DNA of 51,882 bases, from the NCBI GenBank assembly GCA_002245135.1, contig NGBS01000627.1, positions 1 through 51,882 on the forward strand. The letters are read 5' to 3'. Below are positions 36,448-48,382 of this stretch, piece after piece. The notes beneath the pieces were generated by a model. That model ran no database searches. It was given only the letters and a program-made list of their open reading frames with translations, and was not told the origin of the DNA. The position numbers were made by a program, and so were the translations under genes. Within the stretch, counting starts at the first letter, position 1. The number at the start of each line of letters is the position of its first letter. This DNA comes from Proteromonas lacertae (taxonomy: Eukaryota).

Positions 36448-36724
36448 TATATAGTACATAAATGGGACTCTGGCTCATTGTACCATAGTCCCATTTACGT
36501 AAGGTTCCTACGGGATTCCTCCCAACAGGGTCTACTTCTCAACGGTGTCTTCTTCCCTACGGGGTCTACTTCCTACGGGGACTCCTCTAAGCTATTTCTA
36601 TATCTATCTATACCTACCAATACTTACCTATACCTTCCTATACCTACCTATACCTATCTATGAGACGATCTCCTACGGGTACTCCTGAAAGCTATCTAGA
36701 AGTGTTGGTTACCTCGAGGTGATG
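36448..36724 (+). repeat. Left TIR
   Basis: TATATAGTACATAAATGGGACTCTGG...CCATAGTCCCATTTA hairpin, GGGTCTACTTC subrepeats, ends GGTTACCTCGAGGTGATG. Confidence 0.9.
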
Positions 36725-36899
36725 ATTCTAATCATGCTCTTGACTCTCCTTGCTACGCTGGTGATCTTGTAAGGGCTTTTAATTGAATCGTGGAAACCAA
36801 TCGTGGAATCGGGAGTTTACAATTGTTAACTTGTTACCAATTGTTAACAAGTTACCAAATGGTAACTACGGGAGGTTCTAGCTAGTTGTGGATTTCTCA

Positions 36900-37375
36900 A
36901 GGGTCCTTGAAGATAATGATTAGCAATCTCGGAAGGCTTCTAAAGGGTAAGTTTATCATCCTTATAACTCTCCTAGATAAGTTCATCCAAGACCTTCCCG
37001 AGAAGAACAGCCGTGTTGGCAAGGAAGGGAATCTCCCACGATGGGAGATTCCCTGACGCAGTCATGCACGGCTGGACGTATCTGGGAAGGTGCCTTGATG
37101 GTACTTCTGGATGGGCCTTGAAGATAATGATAAGTAATCTCGGAAGGTTTCTAGAGGTAAGTTACAATGGCTTTATAACTCTTCTAGGTAACATTCAACT
37201 ATCACCTATCCTAGCAAGGAAAGGATGTTCCTCCTTGAGCTGTAACTCAAGGAGGAACCTCCTGACACAGTCATGGAACTTCCATCAAGAGACTGCATTA
37301 CAAAGTCAAGGAACATACATGGGATCATTGCCTAGGTATGCTTCATTGTCCTTATAACGCTTCTAGGTAAAGTTT
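36900..37375 (+). repeat. Diverged internal tandem repeat, about 210-bp period
   Basis: CCTTGAAGATAATGAT...AATCTCGGAAGG at about 36905 and 37116; LITLLDKF/FITLLGNI/LITLLGKV. Confidence 0.65.
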
Positions 37376-38019
37376 AATTACATTGTCCAGGAGCTCACCG
37401 AGGAGATCATCATAATGACAAGAACGAGAGAAGTCCTCCTGGAGGTATAGCTGAAAGGAGGAGTTCTCGCGGACGTAGAAGGCTCTCGAGAACGTGAAAT
37501 ACTTGATATGTAGAGGAGCCATTAAGAGGTCCTTCACATCGATAAAGTCGTCAGCAATAGACCCAACTCCTATTTTCTCAATGGATCAATGGATCAAAGT
37601 CTAAGACAGGTCATTAGTGGTCTATTTGCATGAAATGCCTCAATAAGAAGGAGCTAGAGAACTTCCTTAAACCCAATGGAGGATACTCCTCAGTGAGTAC
37701 TACGACTTCATCAATGGAATCTCAAGGCTCTAGCAACCAAGATAGCTTTGATTGACTAATACAGGGCAAGGTAATAATCAATGCTTAGAGCCGAAGAAAT
37801 TCCAAGGTAACAAGTATTTAGAATTCATTCCAATAGGATACCTTACGAGTAGGCGTAGCAGTCACGGAGGGTTGGATCATGAAGATCAAGGACATTGAAG
37901 AAGTACCAAGACAGTTGATTATAGTTCTCGGAGTGATGACTGAGAGAAGTTACTGATAAGGTATAACGTGGCATCTCTGACGATAGAATTCATGGAAAAA
38001 TGGTTAGTCTGATAATTCC

Positions 38020-38961
38020 TTGAACTTCAAAGGTCTTATGTTTATCTGCAACAAATGTTATCGAAAGCTCCCGAGGGAGATCAAGAGAGATGGAAAGCAC
38101 TTCTATAAGATGTGTAGTCGATGTAGGGAGGAATTAACATCATCATCATCATCACCACAAAGAGCTTCAAATGATCCTCCATTGAACCATTGTAAGTTAC
38201 CTATCAATGGAACTATACAACCAGTAACGAAGTGTAGTAGGTGTAAGAAGGAGTTCCAATCTGAAGCTAATGGAAGAGCCTACCGCTGTTGTAGTTCTTG
38301 AAGAGCCCGATGCCATGAGGAACGTAAAGCCTTGGAAGAGAACGGTGAACTCATAGCCAAGACTATGTCCTGCAGTAGATGCCATATGCACTTCGCTTCA
38401 TCGATGATGTTAAAGCCCAATGGAGGCTACTATCGATGTTGTCCAAGATGTAGATCTGGGAAACCTACTAAGAATCAACAACCAGGAATCTCCATCAACT
38501 CCAGTGATAAAACAAGGGATATAATTAATCAGCTTATGCAACACAGTATACATGAGATTCTTAAGACAATCAAGGACAACAATGATCTAATCGACCATGA
38601 TGGGATGTTCGATAAGATTATTTCATTTCCATGTGATGCTGTTCACCTCAAAGAGAAGTCTTGCCAGGCCAAGATAGTTTTATCTATCAAAGATGGACAC
38701 ATCAACTTTCACGTAGATCTAAAGGTAAAGTCACTTCCGATGTGCTGTCTCTTGAGTCTGTATCATCGCTTAAGACAATATGAAGATCATCTCCGACTCA
38801 GGATAGAATCAATGAGGAGACAAAAACAGCTTAGTAATCCTCCGAAGAAGAGACCGATAGCAACACCCTCACTACCATCGCTAGGTGCTTCAAGTGATCC
38901 TCCAGCGAAGCATCTAAAGCTAGCTTCTGAAGCAACTCCTTACCAGGCAAAGTCATCGTAA
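38020..38961 (+). pseudogene. Triple CxxC...CxxC zinc-ribbon protein interrupted by one in-frame TGA
   Basis: ORFs 38020-38301 and 38332-38961 are in the same frame; three C-x2-C...Y[KR]xC-x2-C units. Confidence 0.7.
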
Positions 38962-40181
38962 CTTCCACAAGTAGTAGTAGTAGTAGTAAACGCATCTCCT
39001 GATAAGGAACGTGATTAACATTGTTGGTACTTAGTAAAATGTTACCTTGGGTATGACCGAGGACAATAGAAATAATCAATTCAAGGAACCTTACGGAGAT
39101 GAGCAACTCAAGGACATGGTAAGTAATCAATTCAATAAACTAAAGGAGTCTCGGATAAGTCAATGATAGTAAGGACATCAACAACCCCGAGATAACAACC
39201 TTGGATCAATGACTCTGAAGATCATGAAGTAGTTGTAGGTACATAAAGAGTTACAATTGCAGACTATAGGAAGTGTGATCGATAATCCTTTACCTGAGTA
39301 GTCCTTACTTGTGATGCTAGGAATCATTACTAGTAAGTAAGTAAGTAGACCAGAGATATCGTATACTCCTCAAGTAGCAACACTGGCATAGATGTCCAAG
39401 AGTCTATAAGCTATCGATCGTAAGGTGATTATCAGTAGATAGGTAAAAGACACTGACTTCAATAACAATACCGAGACTAGTAGTGATCAGACTGAAGGCT
39501 AGTACATTACTGAGGATCAACAACTTCGATGAACTAGAACTAGAAGGAATTGTCACTTGAGGGGTTACCATCAGTTCAAGAGAGAGGTATCGGTAAAGAT
39601 CACAAGTAGTTCTTCAAGAGATGTTAAGGATGAGATCAACTCTAACTTCAGCAGTCAGTCTCAAGGTACTTACTATAGCAGTGATCATAGACTGCTAGAA
39701 CCAAGAGTGAAGACAAAGTACTTCATAGGCAATGCCTGCCACGTTCGAGAAGTCCAAGAAGGTAAAGGAGCATCTGGAATAGAGAGACGATTAGTAGATC
39801 CTTGGAAGTCAAATGTGCAAGTGAAGTCTACGGAGAGTAGTTGAACTTCAAAGGGAGGCTTCTGACCATCGTATAAGTCTTATCGGAATAGAAGCATTGT
39901 AAGTTAAGATGGTAGATGATGATCGAGACTATGAAGTTCACAGCATAGAGATCACGCAACTCATTACAAGACCGATAAAGTCATCTACATCCATCAGCTA
40001 GTAATCGTAAGGAGTTGAAGTTCATCGTGTGGATAGAGTAAGCAAGGTACTTCTCGGGAGGTAGGTAAAGCTGTTGAAGGCCAGGACATGTTATGATATA
40101 AGAGATACCTGAGAAGTCATCTAAGTAAAGTAGCTCCTGGATCTATAAGTAAAGTTCTGATCTGGAATCATTACCTAGGCA

Positions 40182-42371
40182 ATGTTCAACACCGGGAACA
40201 ACTTACGGGAGAACGATGAGGAGATGTTAAGGTTACTTAATACTATCGACAAGACTACTTACGATGTGAAGCAAAAGATAGATGGGAAGGTCGTTGTTAA
40301 GTATGATAAGGACGTGTTGTTCCAAGACTCCCAGGAAGTGATTCAAAAGGCCTTGGGTTCTGGTGAACTCAAGGCCATGATAGACTATGATAAGATCAAT
40401 CCTCCATTGGTAAGCACTATCCAAGAAGTCCTCCGAGGAACACCCGTCAGTATCAATCAGAAGCAACAAGAAGAAGTAACCTCATCCACAACAGCTATCA
40501 AGAGAAAGTTGGATGATCACTCGTAGGAGTCATCTACGAAGTTGGCTAAGCTAGAGACTGATCATCATCAACTCCACGAGTACCTTCAAGGTACCTTACA
40601 ACCAGATCATAAAGCTATTCAATCGACCTTAAAGGAAGTGCTAGATGAGACTGATAAGATTGAAGGTATCGATCAGAAGCTCCAGGAAGTTAAGAACCTA
40701 GGTACTTTGCTTAACAACAAGATCCCTAAAGACTTCGGAGATACGACTATTACAACCTTGAGCAATATTGCTACTTGCAACAATGAACTTAAGCAGTACA
40801 CGGAGAAGCAATTACCAGAGTTGTATAAGAGCATGGAGGATGTAAGCAATGCCCTTGAATCCACCAACACTTCAATCGATCAATTGAAGGGATCAGAGGA
40901 TGAGAACAAGGACTTCAAGAACCAGATGAATGCTATGGAGGAAGAGATCGCCGGGTTGAATGGAGAAGCTGACAAGACGAATACCTTCTGCACTGAGGAG
41001 AGAGCTACCGCTATTGACAAGACCAAGGATATTGTAAGTAAGATAGATATCGATGATATCAACCAGTATTGTAGTAGCTCACAGAAGGAAAAGATTGATA
41101 AAGTCCATGAGCTGATCACCGGCATAGCCATCGAAGACATTAACAACTACTGCTCCTTGGAGAGACTTACCATTGTCAAGAGTATTGAGGAGCTGATCAA
41201 AGGATTCATTACCGATAAGAGAACTAAGGAGATCGACGATGCTGACAACGCGATCAAGGAGTTTTGTACTATCCCGAGAAGTGCTGCTATCGATGAGACT
41301 AACACGGCAGTGAAGCACTTCTGTACTTCGGATCGATCGGAGAAGATAGATAAGTGTTATGAACGTGTCCATGACCTCAACAAGGAGAGTATTAACCAGT
41401 TCTGTACTGAAGGCCGAAGTAACTTCATTGATACAACTAAGGCCAACACCGATGCAATCAAGATCAAGGTGGATTCTCTAAGTATCAATGATGTGAATGC
41501 AACCTGCGGCGTGGCTAGAAGGACTGAAGAAGACAACCTCCGAAGGAACTTGGATGGCTTCTTTAACAATACTCGTAAAGGACTGATCGATACAGCTATC
41601 AACAATGCAGCTGCTATCAGAACCAAGATCGATGGATTCAATACCGGGAATGTCAATAGCTTCTGTTCACCAGCTCAATTAACCAAGGTCAATGAAGTAC
41701 ATTCAAAGATAGGAGACTGCCAGACAAGAGTCCTTGAAGTCCAAGGCAAAGTCAACAACCTAAACAACCTGGCTGTGACTCAAGTAAACAACTTTACCAG
41801 TGCAGCTCAATTAAGTAAGATCAACTCCGTCGATAGCAATGTCCAGGATGTCCAGAAGAAGTTAACGGAGTTGAAGACATCAGTAGAAAGCCTGGCATCT
41901 CAAGGAGATGGATCATCGGAGATTACCACGGTAGCTAATCAGATGAATGAGACCTTGACTTCAATGTGGAACTACATCCTTAATAGTCAGGATGCCGTGA
42001 TCGCTGAAGTACAGAACCTTCAGATTACAATACCTCACTACGTGAATAGTTGCTAAGGTTGTTTTACGGCTTATCCGAACAGAGTTCAGCTATCCATCAC
42101 TGCAACAGATCGAAGTTACGTAACAATCTCATTTGATGGAATAGTTATTGTCAACGCGAGTGACGATCTGGTAGGTTGATTCTTAAGGGCATTTCACCTC
42201 GAGAATAAAACCTCTTATTGGGTGCATATTCCCGAGACTGGTAAATCAACAAGACCTTCAGGGTTTATGACTTTCAATGGTAAAGATCAGCTTACTTTCT
42301 TTCAAGAGAGTATAGCAGCATCTTCCTTCGACCTTCCGCTTATCTTCACTTGCACTACTTTGTATAACTAA
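40182..42371 (+). pseudogene. 730-codon coiled-coil repeat (fibre/adhesin-like) frame with three in-frame stops; 504-aa core 40542-42056
   Basis: Single frame with TAG 40524, TAA 42054, TGA 42177 and final TAA 42369; repeated [IV]NxFC[ST]xxRxxxID units; beta-rich-looking C-terminal 100 aa. Confidence 0.7.
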
Positions 42372-42799
42372 GGATTGCAATCTTCATCGATAAGGTTCTG
42401 TCTTGGGATCGATCAAAAACATTATAGGAGAAGCCGATACTGAGACTGAAGTTATGGGAAAGTAATAGATAGATAGAGGAAGTCTAAGCAAGAGGATAAC
42501 TATAATCAGTGACCACCTTCGAAGCTGCCCAAACATGATGCAAATAGTTTACCTTGCTTTGTTGGGCAGCAACAATTCCAAGAGATTCAACATCCCTGGA
42601 TGATGATCAAATGAAAGTACCTTCTCAATGATCCTGGTAATGAAGAAAGCAGTTCTTCTTCCGGGCATGGACAAGAACGTCTACGACAGAACCTTCCTAT
42701 CCAAGTCCGATATTGCTCTGCAACATCGTCCTTGGTAAGGAAGCTTCCTCTGAGACGTTCTTACCCATACTCCGAAAGAGATCACTGCTTCTTCATTAC

Positions 42800-43073
42800 C
42801 ATCACCTCGTGGTAACCAACACTTCTAGATAGCTTCCAGGAGTACCCGTAGGAGATCGTCTCATAGATAGGTATAGAAATAGCTTAGAGGAGTTCCCGTA
42901 GGGAAGTAGACCCCGTTGAGAAGTAGACCCCGTTAGGAGGAATCCGTAGGAAGTAGACCCGTAGGGAAGAAGACCCCGTTGAGAAGTAGACCCTGTTGGG
43001 AGGAATCCCATAGGAACCTTACGTAAATGGGACTATGGTACATTATGCCAGAGTCCCATTTATATACTATATA
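42800..43073 (-). repeat. Right TIR
   Basis: Reverse complement of the left TIR with a different subrepeat number; ends CCCATTTATATACTATATA. Confidence 0.9.
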
Positions 43074-43396
43074 CTTTTCATCAATACCATAACGCTTTAA
43101 CATCTTGGTTTTTCTTCTCTCTTCTTCTGGATCAACCCATTTTCTAGGACGTATGGTTACTTGTGCTAATCTGGTTGCTTTATACCACAAGTGGTTCAGC
43201 TACTATTCTAACTACTTCACTTTCAATGATTGAATAGATTCGTTCAAATTCTTCATCTTCACGCTTATTTCTATCTTCTATAATAACATTCTCGATCCAA
43301 ATTCTTGACATTTTTTTGATATTATGATTGATAAAAAACAATAAGAAAAAGTGATATGAATTTTTATATGAATTATAAGACTCTATATTACTTTCT

Positions 43397-43493
43397 CGCT
43401 TACTCCAGTATAACCCGTACCAAAAACTACTTTACACTCAAATCGCTTATTCTTATCCGCAGAAGGCACCTAAGAATAGTCTGGTACGGGTTA
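43397..43493. repeat. About 90-bp structured dispersed repeat (copy 3; mirrored at 45130-45226)
   Basis: 12-bp stem TAACCCGTACCA/TGGTACGGGTTA enclosing TATTCTTA/TAAGAATA. Confidence 0.75.
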
Positions 43494-46189
43494 CCCACCT
43501 ACAGTGATATTCTTACGGTTATACATATATAATAAATAATAAAAGATACTGCATCTTGAATATTAACAAAGATATAGATAATTTAATTTAATAATTCAGT
43601 GAATTTAACAATCATATAGAGTAAATTGTTGTGATATCAGTACTATCTATGTTACTTAATTTAACTTCTGATAATGTAAGGAGATATTAATTAATATTTA
43701 TTAAGAAGTGAAAATAGTTGAGGAATGTAATAATTAATAGGGTAGATTACATTTCAGCACATGCTCAATTTGATTGAGTGGAATTAATTGAGAGGAATAT
43801 CCTGTTTACAACTTTCCTATAGACATTATTATATTATTCTCTCATGATATAAAAACATAATTTAAAGACTTCTCATTAAATAGTTGTTATAAAAGATACT
43901 TATAAATATATAATTAGAAAAGGCGAAAACTCTCTATATATATAGTGTTAAATATACTACTATTCCAATAAAAAATTATTATTCATTATCCAATTCATTG
44001 TATTAGCCTATATGCTTTTTAATATACTATATTATAAAATTGTATTGTAAATTTCAAGCTACAGTCAAAATCCTTTAACTTGAACAGCTTAAATAACGAA
44101 AAAATAACCAAATATACCACCATATATAAGTCATGGTTTTATATATTATAGCTTTATCTACATAATTCTAGTTTAGTATCCCAGCTTCACTTAATAATAA
44201 ACTATTAGTGATAGAATTATGTAAAATGTAGTTTTTTATAAGCTTCATCAAACCATATCTTAAAACCTATTTTTAATTCAAGGTATTGTGTTTTTTTTTC
44301 TCTTTCAACAGTAGCCATGTATTTATCACAGCCAAAATACTTCATTATTGTATCTCAATTATAAAGCCAGTATGTAATTGTAGAGTTAATAACATTCAAT
44401 TATTAACTCATGACAGTTATAAAGCCTATTGTAGTTTTCCTGTTATAAAGCTCATATACAGTTTCTGCTTTCTCTTATATGTAAAACCATGACTTATATA
44501 TGGTGGTATATTTGGTTATTTTTTCGTTATTTAAGCTGTTCAAGTTAAAGGATTTTGACTGTAGCTTGAAATTTACAATACAATTTTATAATATAGTATA
44601 TTAAAAAGCATATAGGCTAATACAATGAATTGGATAATGAATAATAATTTTTTATTGGAATAGTAGTATATTTAACACTATATATATAGAGAGTTTTCGC
44701 CTTTTCTAATTATATATTTATAAGTATCTTTTATAACAACTATTTAATGAGAAGTCTTTAAATTATGTTTTTATATCATGAGAGAATAATATAATAATGT
44801 CTATAGGAAAGTTGTAAACAGGATATTCCTCTCAATTAATTCCACTCAATCAAATTGAGCATGTGCTGAAATGTAATCTACCCTATTAATTATTACATTC
44901 CTCAACTATTTTCACTTCTTAATAAATATTAATTAATATCTCCTTACATTATCAGAAGTTAAATTAAGTAACATAGATAGTACTGATATCACAACAATTT
45001 ACTCTATATGATTGTTAAATTCACTGAATTATTAAATTAAATTATCTATATCTTTGTTAATATTCAAGATGCAGTATCTTTTATTATTTATTATATATGT
45101 ATAACCGTAAGAATATCACTGTAGGTGGGTAACCCGTACCAGACTATTCTTAGGTGCCTTCTGCGGATAAGAATAAGCGATTTGAGTGTAAAGTAGTTTT
45201 TGGTACGGGTTATACTGGAGTAAGCGAGAAAGTAATATAGAGTCTTATAATTCATATAAAAATTCATATCACTTTTTCTTATTGTTTTTTATCAATCATA
45301 ATATCAAAAAAATGTCAAGAATTTGGATCGAGAATGTTATTATAGAAGATAGAAATAAGCGTGAAGATGAAGAATTTGAACGAATCTATTCAATCATTGA
45401 AAGTGAAGTAGTTAGAATAGTAGCTGAACCACTTGTGGTATAAAGCAACCAGATTAGCACAAGTAACCATACGTCCTAGAAAATGGGTTGATCCAGAAGA
45501 AGAGAGAAGAAAAACCAAGATGTTAAAGCGTTATGGTATTGATGAAAAGTATATAGTATATAAATGGGACTCTGGCATAATGTACCATAGTCCCATTTAC
45601 GTAAGGTTCCTATGGGATTCCTCCCAACAGGGTCTACTTCTCAACGGGGTCTACTTCCCTACGGGAACTCCTCTAAGCTATTTCTATACCTATCTATGAG
45701 ACGATCTCCTACGGGTACTCCTGGAAGCTATCTAGAAGTGTTGGTTACCACGAGGTGATGGTAATGAAGAAGCAGTGATCTCTTTCGGAGTATGGGTAAG
45801 AACGTCTCAGAGGAAGCTTCCTTACCAAGGACGATGTTGCCAGAGCAATATCGGACTTGGATAGGAAGGTTCTGTCGTAGACGTTCTTGTCCATGCCCGG
45901 AAGAAGAACTGCTTTCTTCATTACCAGGATCATTGAGAAGGTACTTTCATTTGATCATCATCCAGGGATGTTGAATCTCTTGGAATTGTTGCTGCCCAAC
46001 AAAGCAAGGTAAACTATTTGCATCATGTTTGGGCAGCTTCGAAGGTGGTCACTGATTATAGTTATCCTCTTGCTTAGACTTCCTCTATCTATCTATTACT
46101 TTCCCATAACTTCAGTCTCAGTATCGGCTTCTCCTATAATGTTTTTGATCGATCCCAAGACAGAACCTTATCGATGAAGATTGCAATCC

Positions 46190-48382
46190 TTAGTTATACA
46201 AAGTAGTGCAAGTGAAGATAAGCGGAAGGTCGAAGGAAGATGCTGCTATACTCTCTTGAAAGAAAGTAAGCTGATCTTTACCATTGAAAGTCATAAACCC
46301 TGAAGGTCTTGTTGATTTACCAGTCTCGGGAATATGCACCCAATAAGAGGTTTTATTCTCGAGGTGAAATGCCCTTAAGAATCAACCTACCAGATCGTCA
46401 CTCGCGTTGACAATAACTATTCCATCAAATGAGAATTGTTACGTAACTTCGATCTGTTGCAGTGATGGATAGCTGAACTCTGTTCGGATAAGCCGTAAAA
46501 ACAACCTTAGCAACTATTCACGTAGTGAGGTATTGTAATCTGAAGGTTCTGTACTTCAGCGATCACGGCATCCTGACTATTAAGGATGTAGTTCCACATT
46601 GAAGTCAAGGTCTCATTCATCTGATTAGCTACCGTGGTAATCTCCGATGATCCATCTCCTTGAGATGCCAGGCTTTCTACTGATGTCTTCAACTCCGTTA
46701 ACTTCTTCTGGACATCCTGGACATTGCTATCGACGGAGTTGATCTTACTTAATTGAGCTGCACTGGTAAAGTTGTTTACTTGAGTCACAGCCAGGTTGTT
46801 TAGGTTGTTGACTTTGCCTTGGACTTCAAGGACTCTTGTCTGGCAGTCTCCTATCTTTGAATGTACTTCATTGACCTTGGTTAATTGAGCTGGTGAACAG
46901 AAGCTATTGACATTCCCGGTATTGAATCCATCGATCTTGGTTCTGATAGCAGCTGCATTGTTGATAGCTGTATCGATCAGTCCTTTACGAGTATTGTTAA
47001 AGAAGCCATCCAAGTTCCTTCGGAGGTTGTCTTCTTCAGTCCTTCTAGCCACGCCGCAGGTTGCATTCACATCATTGATACTTAGAGAATCCACCTTGAT
47101 CTTGATTGCATCGGTGTTGGCCTTAGTTGTATCAATGAAGTTACTTCGGCCTTCAGTACAGAACTGGTTAATACTCTCCTTGTTGAGGTCATGGACACGT
47201 TCATAACACTTATCTATCTTCTCCGATCGATCCGAAGTACAGAAGTGCTTCACTGCCGTGTTAGTCTCATCGATAGCAGCACTTCTCGGGATAGTACAAA
47301 ACTCCTTGATCGCGTTGTCAGCATCGTCGATCTCCTTAGTTCTCTTATCGGTAATGAATCCTTTGATCAGCTCCTCAATACTCTTGACAATGGTAAGTCT
47401 CTCCAAGGAGCAGTAGTTGTTAATGTCTTCGATGGCTATGCCGGTGATCAGCTCATGGACTTTATCAATCTTTTCCTTCTGTGAGCTACTACAATACTGG
47501 TTGATATCATCGATATCTATCTTACTTACAATATCCTTGGTCTTGTCAATAGCGGTAGCTCTCTCCTCAGTGCAGAAGGTATTCGTCTTGTCAGCTTCTC
47601 CATTCAACCCGGCGATCTCTTCCTCCATAGCATTCATCTGGTTCTTGAAGTCCTTGTTCTCATCCTCTGATCCCTTCAATTGATCGATTGAAGTGTTGGT
47701 GGATTCAAGGGCATTGCTTACATCCTCCATGCTCTTATACAACTCTGGTAATTGCTTCTCCGTGTACTGCTTAAGTTCATTGTTGCAAGTAGCAATATTG
47801 CTCAAGGTTGTAATAGTCGTATCTCCGAAGTCTTTAGGGATCTTGTTGTTAAGCAAAGTACCTAGGTTCTTAACTTCCTGGAGCTTCTGATCGATACCTT
47901 CAATCTTATCAGTCTCATCTAGCACTTCCTTTAAGGTCGATTGAATAGCTTTATGATCTGGTTGTAAGGTACCTTGAAGGTACTCGTGGAGTTGATGATG
48001 ATCAGTCTCTAGCTTAGCCAACTTCGTAGATGACTCCTACGAGTGATCATCCAACTTTCTCTTGATAGCTGTTGTGGATGAGGTTACTTCTTCTTGTTGC
48101 TTCTGATTGATACTGACGGGTGTTTCCTCGGAGGACTTCTTGGATAGTGCTTACCAATGGAGGATTGATCTTATCATAGTCTATCATGGCCTTGAGTTCA
48201 CCAGAACCCAAGGCCTTTTGAATCACTTCCTGGGAGTCTTGGAACAACACGTCCTTATCATACTTAACAACGACCTTCCCATCTATCTTTTGCTTCACAT
48301 CGTAAGTAGTCTTGTCGATAGTATTAAGTAACCTTAACATCTCCTCATCGTTCTCCCGTAAGTTGTTCCCGGTGTTGAACAT
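46190..48382 (-). pseudogene. Mirror copy of the fibre-like frame (504-aa core 46507-48021)
   Basis: Identical 504-aa translation; extra single-base indels at about 46434 and 48124. Confidence 0.7.

Larger units (their letters stand above)
36448..43073. mobile_element. 6.6-kb TIR element with 6-bp TSD (Polinton/Maverick-like architecture, apparently non-autonomous)
   Basis: TIRs 36448-36724 and 42800-43073; TSD CTTTTC (36442-36447, 43074-43079); GC-richer interior. Confidence 0.9.

Noticed and set aside
36448..36500. Helitron or CRESS-virus origin, or Tc1 TA target site
   Set aside because: Ends are symmetric TIRs with 6-bp TSDs outside the TATATA; no HUH Rep or TAGTATTAC loop seen.
36478..36663. 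Short ORFs in the TIRs (also 42802-43011 and the TIR parts of 42933-43190 and 45433-45699)
   Set aside because: Translations of subrepeat DNA.
40673..41656. Antisense ORFs under the fibre-like gene (and their mirrors)
   Set aside because: Shadow frames of a real coding strand.
42895..43015. CRISPR-like array
   Set aside because: Short degenerate tandem units without unique spacers; no cas genes.
44286..44492. ORF in the palindrome spacer
   Set aside because: 68 codons, TTG start, no motif.
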